Below are positions 28,350 through 41,779 of a DNA stretch of 64,000 nucleotides, in pieces (within the stretch, counting starts at the first letter, position 1; each line of letters begins with the position of its first letter). The DNA comes from Phoronis australis (Eukaryota; Animalia; Phoronida). Made by a program: the position numbers and the translations under genes. The notes under the pieces were generated by a model. That model was given only the letters and a program-made list of their open reading frames with translations. It did no database searches and was not told the DNA's origin. The stretch covers positions 701,946 through 765,945 of the forward strand of contig NMRA01000127.1 of NCBI GenBank assembly GCA_002633005.1, given 5' to 3'.

Positions 28350-28700
28350 TGTGATAAGCTCGATTAGAGTCCGTCTGTGAACATGTCGACTGACTGAATC
28401 TCCTCTCTCTTTTTGAGAAACTGAAATTGACGGAAAATTGACCGTTTATCACCCTGAAAAATCCGAATTATTAAATCACATTAGTTTCAATGTTCAGCAT
28501 TCTACAAAAATCCAAAATGGATCCAAAGTTTGTTCTTTAAAGACAGTTTACATTTGCTGTATTAATGAAGTCTCAACATTTTCAGTGAAAAATAATTGCC
28601 AGAGTTGATCTTTTTTCTTATCTTAAAGGTTTCTATCATTGCTGTGGTTGCCAACAATTTCTCTAAACGTCGTCCGATGGTAGCTATGATATTGAACTTA
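28350..28700. repeat. Dispersed repeat, direct copy of about 4250-4590
   Basis: Same blocks in the same order as 4250-4590. Confidence 0.7.
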
Positions 28701-28915
28701 AAGAAATGAGTAAGCAATTATCTGGTGCTACTTATCTTTTTCAAAAAATCCCTTGTCTACAATGTTTTGCGGTAAGTGGGGGAGATTTTACCATACTTCA
28801 TTTTGACACAGTTTTAATTTTCCTTTTGTCTTTAACCAACACATGAAAGTGTGTAACTCAGGGTAATGTCACTGGTGACCTGTAGCCCCTGCCGCCTGTC
28901 CACAAAAGTCTGTTA

Positions 28916-29469
28916 AGGTGCTTTCCCATTAGAGGTGAAACTTCGCTTTTACCGAAGTTTCGGTAAGTGGGAAAGATTAACTCCAGTAGTTAATTTGCAA
29001 ACGAAACTTCGCTGAAAATATAAGTTAAAAGGGAAGCTTCTGTACTCACCGAAACTTTGGTGTAAGTGGGAACGATAAGAGCGAAGCTTTTTAAGTTATC
29101 GGTAGAGGTCGCGGCAATGATATACGATCACGTGAGATTCGCAAACGTGTTCTTTGTTATTGTATCATAGCCTATGTGCTCTCAATAGATGGAGGTAAAT
29201 AAAGATATAAAAGAAAGCGTATTTGATGAAGAATGACGCTGATCATTTTCATGAACACTCATGAATGGCAGGAGAACAATTTTCAGCTAGGCTCGAACCC
29301 ACGGCTCGATATTCATTTGAGAGTACGAATGAACTGCGCTGTCTGGTGTCTACTCTGATGACTGTGTCGCCATCTAGCAATAACTTTGATATCGCTGCCT
29401 AGTCTGAAAGGTAAGCGAGGGTTTGGCGAAGCTTTGGTAAACAGAAGATCCCCTGATGGGGAAGCACCA
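28916..29469. mobile_element. PIF/Harbinger-type MITE with TTA TSD
   Basis: TTA|AGGTGCTTTCCCATTAG...CTGATGGGGAAGCACCA|TTA; internal repeated CGAA(A/G)(C/T)TT(C/T)GG and TAAGTGGGAA motifs. Confidence 0.75.
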
Positions 29470-30859
29470 TTAGTTCAATTTGAATTCATAGTTCTCAGTT
29501 TGGTAATGTCAAGGACTGTGAAAGCTTAATAATTCCCCTGAGATGTGGGCTTAATGAGATCAGATTAATTAGTTTTGCTGCTTCTAAGTCATCAGTGAAT
29601 GTTGACCTTTGTGGCTAATGGTTTGTCATTTGCTATATTAATATCATCAAATTCATGAAATGCCACGTTATTTAGTAATTCAATTCTTGCCCGTTAACCT
29701 CCATTGGTGTCTAGTTTCATGCACGACGTAAACCAACGATGGACAGCTCCAAATTTAGGTTCCTTCCCCGTTCTTTACCGTATAAAAAGGTTTTGGCCTT
29801 TCGGTGATGTCACATTTCTCCTCCGCCATGACTTTGGATCGAGCCTTGCTTTTAAAGAAAAACTGCGGTTCTTTTAATGTTATTAAGTCTCATTTATTCC
29901 AGCTTAACATTTAAGTTCCAAATGAAAATTGCCAACCTGCAGCTGGTGAGACGAACTAAATAAGTTTTCCTCCAGGTAAATTAGTTGCAGAGTCAATTAG
30001 TGACTTCCACTCATTTTGTAGTATAATCCTGTTAAATTAAGAACACACACACACTTCCTGATGTAAAAATGTCGTCTGAGGCACTTAAAACTGTTGAAGC
30101 ATTTTTTATACCCCTGCTGAAGGTGAAGGTCATACAGTAATGGTATTGCATTAGTTCTCCACTTGTTTCGCTCAAAATTCATCGTAAGTGTTGTGATCTT
30201 TTGGACAGTCTATGTAAAACCTAAAATTTACAAGATAAATGTATCCGATATTTCAAGTAAACTGTGTCATTCTCTTTAGGGAATGATAACTTAAAGACTG
30301 TAGGGCTTATGTATATAGACTTCAGCAGTCTTAAGAAGTCCAATGTGATTGGCGGTAAAAATAAAAATAATTGCCAAAATTGTCAGTTTTCCGTTTCTCA
30401 AAGGCTGATTTCCCTGTTGGAAATAGAAATTTGTATAAACATTGTTTTATGACATCTATACAGCTCAAACCATATTAGCGTTGGACTAAAAATTTCTTAA
30501 TCTTTGTATTATTTGGAGGAATTTGTCAAAAGTAGAATTTCATTGTGTGCGTAACCGCCTTAATGTTCATGATGACACCTATCCTGTTTTGTTATTCATT
30601 TTGGAAATGCTCCCCAAATTTAATCCCTTGATCTTAAAGGAAGACGTTAGTCAGTAATTAGAAATTATTTAATAACATCTCTACTACAGAAGAATGACCA
30701 AGCTTGAAATGAGTTGCCATCCAGTAATTTTCATTCTGAAAAAAAGATTGATCACTTTCTACTTAGTGCACAAATTGGCTTTTAATGTTACTTTGTTTGA
30801 CTTGTCTTGATTGAGCGTGAAATAACGTAGGCTTCATGATGAATATGACTTCTCTCCTA

Positions 30860-31197
30860 AAGGGACGTTCGCACTATCGATTTAGAATGGTGGACTAACT
30901 CTTTCTCGACCAGAAGATTTTTAGACCCAGTGCGAAAGGTGGTGTAGGCCAGTTTAAATTTAAAACGGTACTAAAGTTTGTATGCTTGAAAAGACTGCAC
31001 TATTGAGTGGACCTAAGTTATTCCAATCACTTTAGTTATACGTTCAATCCAAAGTATTTTTCTTGACCGTCCTAAATCGACTCTCCACTTCTCACCAAAC
31101 ACGGAGACTTCGTGCCATTTTGCACACTCGACATTGTGTCGTCAGGTGCTCATTGTACAACTTGTAAGTCCAGACTAACTCTAATGTGAAAGCAGCT
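30860..31197. mobile_element. Degenerate Harbinger-type MITE
   Basis: AGGGACGTTCGCACTA at left and TAATGTGAAAGCAGCT at right, with TAA/TTA-like flanks and repeated GACTAACTCT. Confidence 0.45.
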
Positions 31198-31721
31198 TTA
31201 ATTAAAAAAGCAAAGAAATTATCATCATTAGATCCAGGTTGTCTTTCATTCCGTTGTATTGTATCCATCGAGCTCAGGAGAGTACAAGACACATTTTGCG
31301 CAATGCTGGATTGACTTTTAAAGTCACACTCATTCGGTACAATGGTCAGTTGCCATACGATGTTATCACGTACTTATAAAAACAAGCTAAATGTTATTTC
31401 CCAAATTTTCAACGCACATCATGATTTATAAAAAACGAACTGTTTGTGCGACTCTTGTCAATCCTTAAGTCATAATTTATTCTTACGAAGTTAGAGTCTC
31501 TATATCAGCCAATGAGAATTATCCAAGAGGATTGTTGGACTTGTGTCTTTAATTTCCGTTGTGTCATTAAAACACAATGTGCAATAAAGTCAATGGTGAA
31601 CAGAGATAGCAGATGTAAGAAATTTTAATCTTTGCTGTATATTTTTGCGTTTGAAAAAAATATTTTTTGAGCCTTCAAGTTCTGTTAAAAAAGACGAGGG
31701 TTGGCTTTGGTGGGAAATTGT

Positions 31722-31828
31722 ACTAGCTTGTATTGATGTAGTAATGTACGCACTCTTGCACTAGCTTGTATTGGTGTAGTAATGTACGCACTCTTGCACT
31801 AGCTTGTATTTATGTAGTGATGTACGCA
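31722..31828. repeat. Minisatellite, 38-bp unit x about 2.8
   Basis: ACTAGCTTGTATTGATGTAGTAATGTACGCACTCTTGC at 31722, 31760 and 31798 (partial). Confidence 0.9.
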
Positions 31829-33985
31829 TACGACAACATCATACTGAAATTTGCAAAATAATATTGTATCAAATAAGCATGGCCAGAAAAGTCAATATTT
31901 GAACCTGGTTCTCACAAATAATCACGGAATTGCATCATATTTCTGTGTCTTAAAGAATTTTTTCTGGGTTTGGTATTTGGCGAGCTAATCATATTTGCTT
32001 TGTTATGTTGCTTTAATGACAGTATCTACAAGACTTTATGCAGAGACACTTGTAATTTATGGATTTCGCGTAGTTGCCATTAAAAAACGCTGTCAAAATG
32101 CTAAAACTCAGGAGATGGATTCAGATATTTTATTACGACATTGTCAGCGAGGATCATGTTCTCAAATATAACAAGTGCTAAAAGTGCAGACCTCCAGGTT
32201 TTACAGTTTTTGCATTTAAGTCACACACAGTGCTGATACGATCAATTCAAAGTCACTTCAAACTATGGGCTCCTTTCATGGGACTTGTATGTAGTCACTA
32301 GATTTGTACAAAACCTCTATTACCGTATCAAGAAGCCTGTTTATCTGGAACACTCATCTCAGTCCCTTTTTATCAGTGACACTTATCTGAGGTCCTTTTG
32401 TCTAGAGCAGGGCAATCACTGGATTAACCGTGACTTCACAGCAATAAAAAACTGGCTGAATAAACTGATATATCATGATTTTTCAACTGTTTGACTTCTG
32501 AAATTAAATTCCACATAAAAAGTTAGGTTGCTCCTAGTAATATGATAAAATCACTCAAAGGAAACATTGAAGATGCAGTTTCCTGGAACCCATTGAAGAA
32601 GGTAATTTCAAGTTCTGACGCCGCACAAAAGACTTTAGAAACACTTAACAAGGGCCTACATTTATGTCTGGGTTTAGCCTTGAAGGTAGTGTCTAAGTTT
32701 CTTAAACTTTGGCATCGAACGGCACTCGGGTTTGCATTCTGACATGTGAGAAACATTTAGAAAAAACACCGTGAAAGCAAGCGTTTCGCGAATATGCTCG
32801 CGTTCTACTCGCATACAATTCGGTTGGAATGTTGAATTTTGGGATATAATGCACTGTTTCTGTTACTTAAGGGAAATTTCCCGGGGCAAGTGCCCTGGAG
32901 TTTCTTGCGTGTACGGAACCCTACCCCAGTTGTCAATTCTAACTTTGTTGTATAGTGGAGCCCGCTTAATGAGTCATACCCTCTGTTTTTATGTAAATTA
33001 TGATAAAAAGTAGGATGTACCGTTATGAGGTTTAGACTTGGTCGGGTGATTGTAACAGCGGTGCCATGATGCAATATGGCAAATGAATTAGATTACCAGT
33101 AGTTTTTATACAGAGAAGTGAAGGTACACATGCTAATTATACGCGGGTCAGAATCAGTTTTGATGATTTGTTGTCTGGGAATATGAAATTATGCAGGCTA
33201 GTGTTCATGGATTTAAGCAGAAACGATTTTATATTTCATGACAGTAACCAGGATATTCTATTATCTGGGTATGACAATAAATGGCCTCCACTATGCTCCT
33301 ATCAAAGTGTCACCCAATACCAGTCACAACACACACAGCATGTGTAGGGCATGTCTTAACATAATAGTTGACACCATTAACATAATAGTTGACCCCATTA
33401 CTATCTTGTGCAATCTTCTTTGCAGGAGGGATAAAGTGCCAATGATCTTTGTCCAAGTGCTTGTGATAAAGGTTTCTTATAAATAACATAGATTTTACTT
33501 AACCCCTATTCTTCAAGGTTCTGGAAAGATCAAATAATACTATCTCAAGAACTCACCCTAATGTAATATGGGTGGTCTTTAAGGGTGCACATCTTAATCA
33601 ACCATATCTATTAAAAACACTTGAAAAGTTGATTTTAAGGTACAAAATTTTCAGACTCTGACTTTCCTTTGCTCTTGACAAATTTGTCAATTATTCTAAT
33701 TTTTTGTTTCTGTGATGGAAATCTCGACATTTGACACAGCTGACTTGACACTCCTGACTGAGCATGTATTCTGACACTCCATAGGTGTGGAATTTCACAC
33801 AGCGCAAATTGATTCGGCACTGTCAATTTGTCTGTCATTTTTAGAAAGAGCAAATGCCACCTGATCACCTTGCTTTAAGGTGTCTCTTATGAATCTGAAC
33901 GAAAAGTAGTATCGAGGCAAAACCACTTGTCTCAATATTGTGCTTGCAGAGTTGTATCTTCAAGCATGTGTACGTCACTGTTTTG

Positions 33986-34501
33986 AGGCCCTTTCACACT
34001 GACTTAACTCTGGTCTGAGCAGAGCGTCGCCGTATTTAACTGTGAAGTTAACTAAACCGTTCATACTGGCTTCGATAGTTAACGGACATCGAAGTAAATG
34101 GTAGGTGACGCTGTTGTGTCATCGAAGTAGTTGCAAGGTAGTGCTGCACACTAAGATTTTTTTGATGTGACAGTTTGGGAACATTCACATGTGCTAATTG
34201 ACTAATACTTATTTTAATTTGACTAGTGATTATTCGAGCAAAATATAAGCAACTACGGTATTAGTGACAACACTGCCCTTTAATTGTTGGTGATAACAGT
34301 GGTACCTGGTGGTAACTTTGATGGGACCAAAGTTGACCGTTCATATTGCACCGCAGCATCGACACTCCACTGTTAAATCCACTTGTTTACTGCGAAGTTA
34401 ACTGGCGCTGTTAACGTTGATCCAGGACCGAAGTTCACTGCTCGTATACTGACTGCAACTCCCCAAAACATCGATGCGTCGATGCTACTATGAAAGGGCC
34501 T
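33986..34501. mobile_element. PIF/Harbinger-type MITE (family H2)
   Basis: Perfect 11-bp TIR AGGCCCTTTCA / TGAAAGGGCCT, flanks TTG/TTA. Related copies at 27068, about 724 and about 40060. Confidence 0.8.
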
Positions 34502-36237
34502 TTAGAGTCGGCAGTGTCACTTTGCACCATGTCATTGTTTAGGTAATGTTACTGACGAGAAAAGTGATTTTCTGAGATCAGCCTCAGCTCAGATTTGAAC
34601 CTAAAGTCTGCGCAGTAGTAGCTGAACCCTCTTCTGCTGAGCTAAATCAACGCCATAAACGACGGTATTTTAAGCATGCCTAGATGGAAAAGGCACCTAC
34701 CGTGATTTCAACGAATGTCTAGCAAACAACAATGAGAATTGGACATTTGTAATAAAAGCAAAAAAGCGTAACGAATTTTATTGTTTTGTAGTTCTGGTCA
34801 AAGCTGATCACTTAAAAAAATCTGTCCGCCCAACAATAATCCTCAAAATGCATTTTTCAGCTGTACAAATTACAATATCCCTTTAACATGAACTTAAAAA
34901 CGTGGTTGTCATGGGCGGGGTTGGGTTGAATACTCTGTTAAAACCATTCTATAATCATATTCTAATCGGTTTCATGTAATCTCATTACGCTTTCGTTCCA
35001 TTGACTCCTAGAAGTTGCTTGTCTCAGAAGCCATCAACATTGTTGATATAAAACAATTGAGTTGTATGAAGTAAGAAATAAAGATTATCCTTCGGAATAT
35101 TTATTGCAAATAAGGCTTGTGATAATGATTTCAACCACTCAACTGTGTGTGTCTTCAAGTATTTGATACTCCTTATCTAAATGGTCATGTAACTTCTGTT
35201 TGTCCTATAGTTATAAATCATCATTTATGGAGGAAACAAGATTTGAAAGTAATGGATACTTTGAATTTATATTGTCTTGTTGGTCCCAGAATACCTTTCT
35301 TAGGGTGGTCAGTCCAGACTGCAGAGGGGCTCTTTAACTTTTGCAATTTGGACTTGGAACAGCTTTCACGAATTTAAGTCCCAATCTGGACAGGACTTTA
35401 TAAGCCAATGACAGTATGGCAAAAAAATATTTAATGCACAGTATCTTGGATAAATCGATTTTTAAAAATTTTTTTCAACAAAAACAAGTCATCAATCAGT
35501 TTTATTTCATTGCGACATGGAGTGAACTTCCCAATGGCTTATACCCCAGCTCTCAAACAGAGCTAAAGGTCTGTTGAAAATTTTCCCCCAGATTCTGTGA
35601 AATGGACATAAATCCAAACAAATTCATAGTATGGGTGTAAAATAGTTGTTGAATGTACTGATGCTTACCAAATCAAGTTCCGTTAAGTACACATGGCATC
35701 ATAAACATTCTTGGTTATATTTCGCTCTTTAACGTCACATCTTCCTGTGCTCAAAGATTTTGACCTAATGACATTGTATTATAATTAATAGTGACCGGAA
35801 TACCACCCAATTAGCTAAGTGAATGGCTTAGTTCACGAAGAGCTCACCGCTAAGTGAAAAGTGCAATTAGCCGAGTGAAAAGCGATATAGTATAATGACA
35901 AATTTTGGAGTGAATATCTTTTGAAGGGCTTAGTTTCTGTGCAGTCATATTTGCTGTATCATTTCTGCTGATAAATTTCATTTTTTTCTTCATATAATCA
36001 TATTTTATATGTGCGTAGGTTAATAACTGATGCGCAGTTTGAGCGTCATATGTAAGGCATGAAATTCTACACTTTCAATGTACGGACTTCCAACCCTGAT
36101 TGCATTCAGGTTTGGTTTACCAACTGGACTGCACAATTGTCATTTACCATTTGTTAAACTAAGGAGCTTTTGCAGCTGTTGAAAGCTCAGGAAGGTCTCA
36201 ATTATAACATTTTTAACATCAGGAGAATCTATCATAT

Positions 36238-36555
36238 TTCTGTAGGCAATAATGTTTCTACAGGCACTAGTGTTTTTCTATAGGCAATGTTGTTTTTCTA
36301 TAGGCAATAGTGTTTTTCTGCAGGCAGTGTTGTTTTCCTACAGGCAATTGTGTTTTTCTGCAGACACAGGCGTTTTTCTGCAGACACTGCTGTTTTTCTA
36401 CAGTCAATGGTGTTTTTCTGAAGACACAGGTGTTTTTCTGCAGTCAATTGTTTTTCTGCAGTCAATGGTGTTTTTCTGCAGACACTGGTGTTTTTCTGCA
36501 AGCAATAGTGTTTTTCTGCGGGCAATAGTGTTTTTCTGCTGGCAATAATGTTTTT
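36238..36555. repeat. Degenerate minisatellite, about 20-bp unit x about 16
   Basis: Consensus CAGGCAATAGTGTTTTTCTG; explains the four overlapping repetitive ORFs at 36252-36595. Confidence 0.9.
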
Positions 36556-37523
36556 GACCAGAATTGACGTTTTCATAATAGATGAGTTTGAACATTTTAT
36601 TCAGATTTTGATTGCCTACTTGTTTTCTGCTCTACTTGAAAACCTGCAAGCCCACTCATTTTAGAGTTCTCTTTTTGTAGTGAAATGCCAGTGGTCTGGT
36701 TTCAGCTATTGACATTATCAGACAAGTTCATTGTCTGTCTGAGGACAAATATAATATTACCAAAGTTCTCACTTTAAAGAGGCAATTTCATAAGTGTCAT
36801 TTTCTTGGGGAATCGAGTATTGTTTAGTCTCAGTGTGTCCTCTGGGGTTGAAAAAAATGGTAAAGCTTGTTAATTTGTTTTGTAATACTGGGTTTTATAA
36901 GGAGGGCGTTTTTCAGAGGTAACCTGAAGTAACCAGTGAGTGATGTGACTGGTGTCCATGTCTCGAGAAAGTTGACATTATGAAGGTTGCCTTAGCAATT
37001 AGGCTTACATGGCCTTTTGTTTAGACCGCAATTTTGTTCTCTGCCGTCCAAAATTGTTTTTTTTTTTGTAGCATTTGATACAATATTTTCGTTTATTAAC
37101 AACAAACAAAAATAGGCCTATGACAGAACTCAACTATTAAGTGGTGCAGTACTTTGCACTATGAGACATGAACACTTTGCACCAAGGCATTGTGTGAATG
37201 TTAAGACATATACAATGCATCTAAGCTAGCTAAATATGTTTCCTATTTCAAAGATACACAGTCGTATATACATGAAACGCCAAACAAACGAAGTTTTTAT
37301 TTTAGCACTGCTGTGAGTCACTTTCGCCATGCACTTGCCGCAACCCATGACAATATCGTTTGCTTACTTTAAGTATAAGCCCATTCAGAACTGTTGCATC
37401 AAGTCGCTCAGTCTGAAATCTAAAAGTTTAAAGCTCTTAACATCACTCTGTTCGTTACCGCTACATCTTTCAAGAAACAGACGATAGCTATAAACCTCCA
37501 CAGATATTTCGTGCTTTCTGTTC

Positions 37524-38059
37524 TTTTTTATGTATTTATTATCATTTACAAACAATTACAAAAACAAACACCATTCATTCACGCATGCACACCTGAGGAA
37601 GACCATTCTCATATCTCGTTTAAAGTAAATATCTTCTACATGTAGTTAACATGAACAATAAAATTTTCCCATTTCGCAGAGAAGCTGTCATATACAAAGT
37701 TTTTATATGCATTTAATTTTTCAGCATTATAGTATTCATAAGTTTTTTTGTGACATCTCTCCTTGTAAGAGTACTGTTTAGCTAGTAGAAGCAAAATGTT
37801 AAATAGAAAATCATGCGTCTTGTAAAGTCCAAGAATAACACTATCGTAAGACAGACAGTTGGGAAGCTGAATGCGACACTTTTGAAGTAGCTTTCCGAAT
37901 TCCTTCCAGAAATCTTGTACAAAGCTACATTCCCAAAAAAAGGTGTGACAGCGTCTCTGGAGTTTTATTACAAAAGGAACATAGATCAGAATCCCTAACA
38001 CATATTTTGACAAAAAAGGTATTTGTTGAATATTACACAGGATTATTGCAACAAATACC
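37524..38059 (-). mobile_element. 5'-truncated L1/Tx1-clade LINE: ORF2 C-terminal CCHC zinc-knuckle region, 3'UTR and poly(A) remnant
   Basis: Minus strand reads TNTFFVKICVRDSDLCSFCNKTPETLSHLF, then a +1 frameshift in a T run, then WECSFVQDFW...ILG...FNILLLLAKQYSY...AEK..A....F.AKW (C-x2-C...HLFWEC motif). AATAAA lies at 37540-37535 followed by a short A tract. Confidence 0.85.
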
Positions 38060-40059
38060 ATTATTACCATCCAAAATTGTTGGTCCCATCACCCGTAAGT
38101 TCGCCTCTCAATTTGGTTTTGTTGTGTTTCTGGACAGTACAGTTACAATCGAAATAGAAAATAAAACTGAAAACATTCCTTAATGACTTACAGGTTTGAC
38201 CCAACTTGAAAATAGTAGTTCACATAACATTAAAAAAGAGGTCACTAAAATCAGCTGCCGCAAACTACTGCCACAATTTTTGTTTTGCTTGCTGATCAAC
38301 CTGTATATATGTTTTCTCTTACAGCAATTTAATAAATAGTAAATGTACATTTGATATCCTTCCATAGCCATCCGTTGTTTCAAAATCCACCTGCATTTGT
38401 ATCAGGGTAGTACATATTCTATGGTAGTAAAATACAAAGTTTTTATATTAATATATTTTTTGCAACTTTGGTCTGACATGGCTGACAAACAACGTCTCGA
38501 TTTGTTTTCAAAGTTTCAAAGCACAAGTTTCTGACAAACATGAAGGTCAAAATCCTTTCCAAAAAAACTGACAAGCGTCCTGAGTGCTGACAAAGTTGAC
38601 AGACAAGACATTTTCCTACAGTAATCTAGTCTAGACCACAGTAATTCTATACTTATTTCCCACAAAATAATTGCCAAAATGGTCATTTGTTTTTTAAATC
38701 TAGGCTAATTACTTTGTTACAAATTGTGGAAAATGTACCCAAAGGTTGTTTTATAACATCTACACAGTACAAACCATGCTTAAAGTAAACTAAAATTTTC
38801 TTAATCTTTGTTTTTGTGAAGAAATTAGACAAAATGGAGTTCACCTTGTTGGCCGTACTGTGCTAACTAAGGGAAGAGTTACTTAAACTCAGATACGAAA
38901 ATGAGCTTGTGACAGATGCTGACTTACAAACAGAAAGTTTGGTCTCGAAAACACACTTACCCTTTGCACTACTTTGGCGGAGGCCCCTGACTGTTCACAG
39001 AACTGTAAAAAGCTACAGTAGTCATACGCATTTATTTCAGAGGTGACACGAGGCAGAATGAGAAAATGAAGAAGTAAACTTTAGTTTTTTTTTCAATTTT
39101 TCAACTGCGTTTGAACGTGATAAGGTGCTTTAAATTCTCTCTCACAATTTCGTTTCCATTCAGGTGTACATTAATATGAAGGTTTATCTGCACCTGTGTC
39201 ATGTGCCAATTCTCTTCGTAATGACTATTCGTTGAGCACCTGCGTAGTTTATTAATTACTTTTTTGAAATGACAAAAGGGTCTCATTCATAACGACCGTG
39301 TCTTCAGTTGCGTAGGCCCAGGTTGAGTATCACTTGCTGTCCCCAGGTTAGAATGTTCTTATCAATATTTCCATCCTTTTGACTGATTACCTTACACGAG
39401 TATTAGTTCGGCCTTTATTAGCCGTGTCACTTTTAATATCTTGGAAGATTTATTGCCAACTCTTACAGACAATCTTTTCACGTCATTTTAAATTACATTC
39501 AACATAATTTCAAGCATACAAAATTAGCCAAATCTTATATCCAAACATTACTCTTTAAAAATATTATCATTTTTCAAATGTAAACAGAATGTTAAGTAAT
39601 GTAGTCAAATTTTTAATTTCGTCTCATGCACCATCAGAATGACGGTCACAGTTGAATGAACTTGGACTTGCGTTCGCATGAGAGACGAACAAATCTAACG
39701 TCTTGAGTCAGATCATTCACTGTAATCTAATTTCATGGTAAAAAGACAAATTAGGCATCTGGCCACGCTAATTTTTTCAAGCAGGTTGCAGATTTTTGGT
39801 TCTCATTGGATGGCATATGAGCTTTAGCACCAACTTAGCGTCGGTGAAAACTGCAACATAAATTGAACCTTTCAGACCCAGGCTTCTGTAGTTATCCCAT
39901 TCCAAAGTTGAAGCAGTTTGATGCCTGAATCATTGAAGTTATCGCAAGACTGCATACGGGTGTAATTTTTTAAATTTGTAATATTGTATACACGGTTGGA
40001 TAACGAATGAAGTGAAATAAATGCCTGTATGGACAGAATGACTTATTATTTGAAACATA

Positions 40060-40290
40060 TCAAACAGTACCACCACTCATGCCGTTATTGACAGCGACAC
40101 CTGTGGATAACTGCGACGACAATGAACTTAACCGTTCATATTAGATTGAAATGTCGATGCTCTGCTGTTAATTCCACCTATTTACTGCAAAATTAACTTG
40201 CACTCTTCGATCCAAGACCAAAGTTAACTGTTCGTGCGGGCTCACATTTTCTGAAACGTTTGTGCGTGGATGTTGGTATGAAAACCCCTA
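40060..40290. mobile_element. Degraded half of MITE family H2 (same orientation as 33986)
   Basis: ACCGTTCATATT...CTGTTAATTCCAC..TTTACTGC...GATCCAAGACCAAAGTTAACTG...TATGAAA blocks match 34330-34500. Confidence 0.55.
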
Positions 40291-41779
40291 CAGATACCCG
40301 AGTGACAGAAGAGCGTCATTCTTCCTGACTTGCACTCAGTCTTACACTTCCTGTTGCAGCTGGTATGTATCTAAAGTTTACATACATTGTGCACCTAGGG
40401 TGTAAGTTGACCCAACTGGAATTTAGAAGCTGGCCTAATAGCATTACTAACCTTTATTTTTATGTAGTAACAGTTAAGGGAAGTTGAACCTTGTGTAATA
40501 GTGTAAACACGTATGTCATCCTGAACATGACTCTTAAATTCCTGGGTCCTTGCTGCCTCTATTTTTGGGATGGAATGTGGACCCCCTTCCATCCTAAAAA
40601 TTATTTTAAAATCAGGTGAATTTCCCCTTGCCAAGCCTAAAAATTCCTGAGAAAATTCCCCTCTTAGAAGTCACAGGCCCTTAATTCGTGCAATTGATAC
40701 AAGTTGATACCCTTGATTCAGATTAGAAACTTGACCTACGATAGGAGTTTAGAAAGCAAAAATAGAATTATTAATACAGTGTTGTAAGTGTCCTGCTTTA
40801 ACATTATCCTTGCTGTTTCTGAGCTAAGACTTTTATGATATTAAACTTATGGATGTCCACCATAATATTATGGAAGTCTAACAATGCATGTCCTTTCAGG
40901 AGACCGCAAAATCCGTAACTTCACGTTTGGATGAAATTAATTTTATCACGCCAGTACTACCATTGATGGAGCTATAATTTCGTTGAAATATCGTAGTAAA
41001 AAATTAGATGTGTTACCATCCTTATTTCAGAGCTTGAATTTTCTGGCAAACTCAAAATTAAAACAAGAAGGACTGATCAAGTGTCCCAGCGTAACATTCT
41101 CGTTAGATGTGACGTGCATATACAATAATAGGGTTAGGTACGGTATGTATCCTGTGAAATACAGTAGCTAGCTGAACAGGTGTCTTGGGCGTTGTATGGA
41201 ATAGACATTAATACCTACATTGAGGGGGAAATTACCCCGATAGCGTGTCTGCCTGTTAGACTCATTTACACCAAGGACTTGAGGATTGAACTATCCAAGT
41301 ACATTGGCTTTTAAAACCAGTACGTTTTGTTTTGTTTTTTTTAATGGCGGTTTTTGAAGTGAGAGTGGGATTGTACAGAGGAAACTCTTGTCGAGGTGTT
41401 GATTTTGTCATTCTTAAAGTTCCTGTAACATACAATACCTTTGGTTTGTAATTGTTTGATTTGTTTCATGAAATCCGTCTGCCACCCGTAGCACACATCC
41501 AAGCACACGCCCATTTAAGTACAACAGGAAATAAAAAGACTGGAGTCGGAATTGTTCTGCAAAACTGGCACAGGCACAAACAGGCACAAGCACAGGCATA
41601 AACAATGTTTTCTAATCTGCTTATTCTTCTGACTCAGCTCAATTGGAACTCCTCAATGGGAAATCAACTGTCATTTTTTCTGTTACCTGTCATGTCAACC
41701 TACATTTTTTAAATAGATTGTTGTTTGTGAAGGACAGGGTCTGTTTCATGAAATTAAATCAGTATTGGCCATAGTAAGA

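Noticed and set aside
35651-35685. Candidate upstream PDE exon ending in DAYQ
   Set aside because: Reads ECTDAYQIKFR* without the WG.GI.G.VA motif and with no donor after Q.
36252-36595. Four overlapping repetitive ORFs
   Set aside because: By-product of a stop-poor 20-bp minisatellite that is open on both strands.
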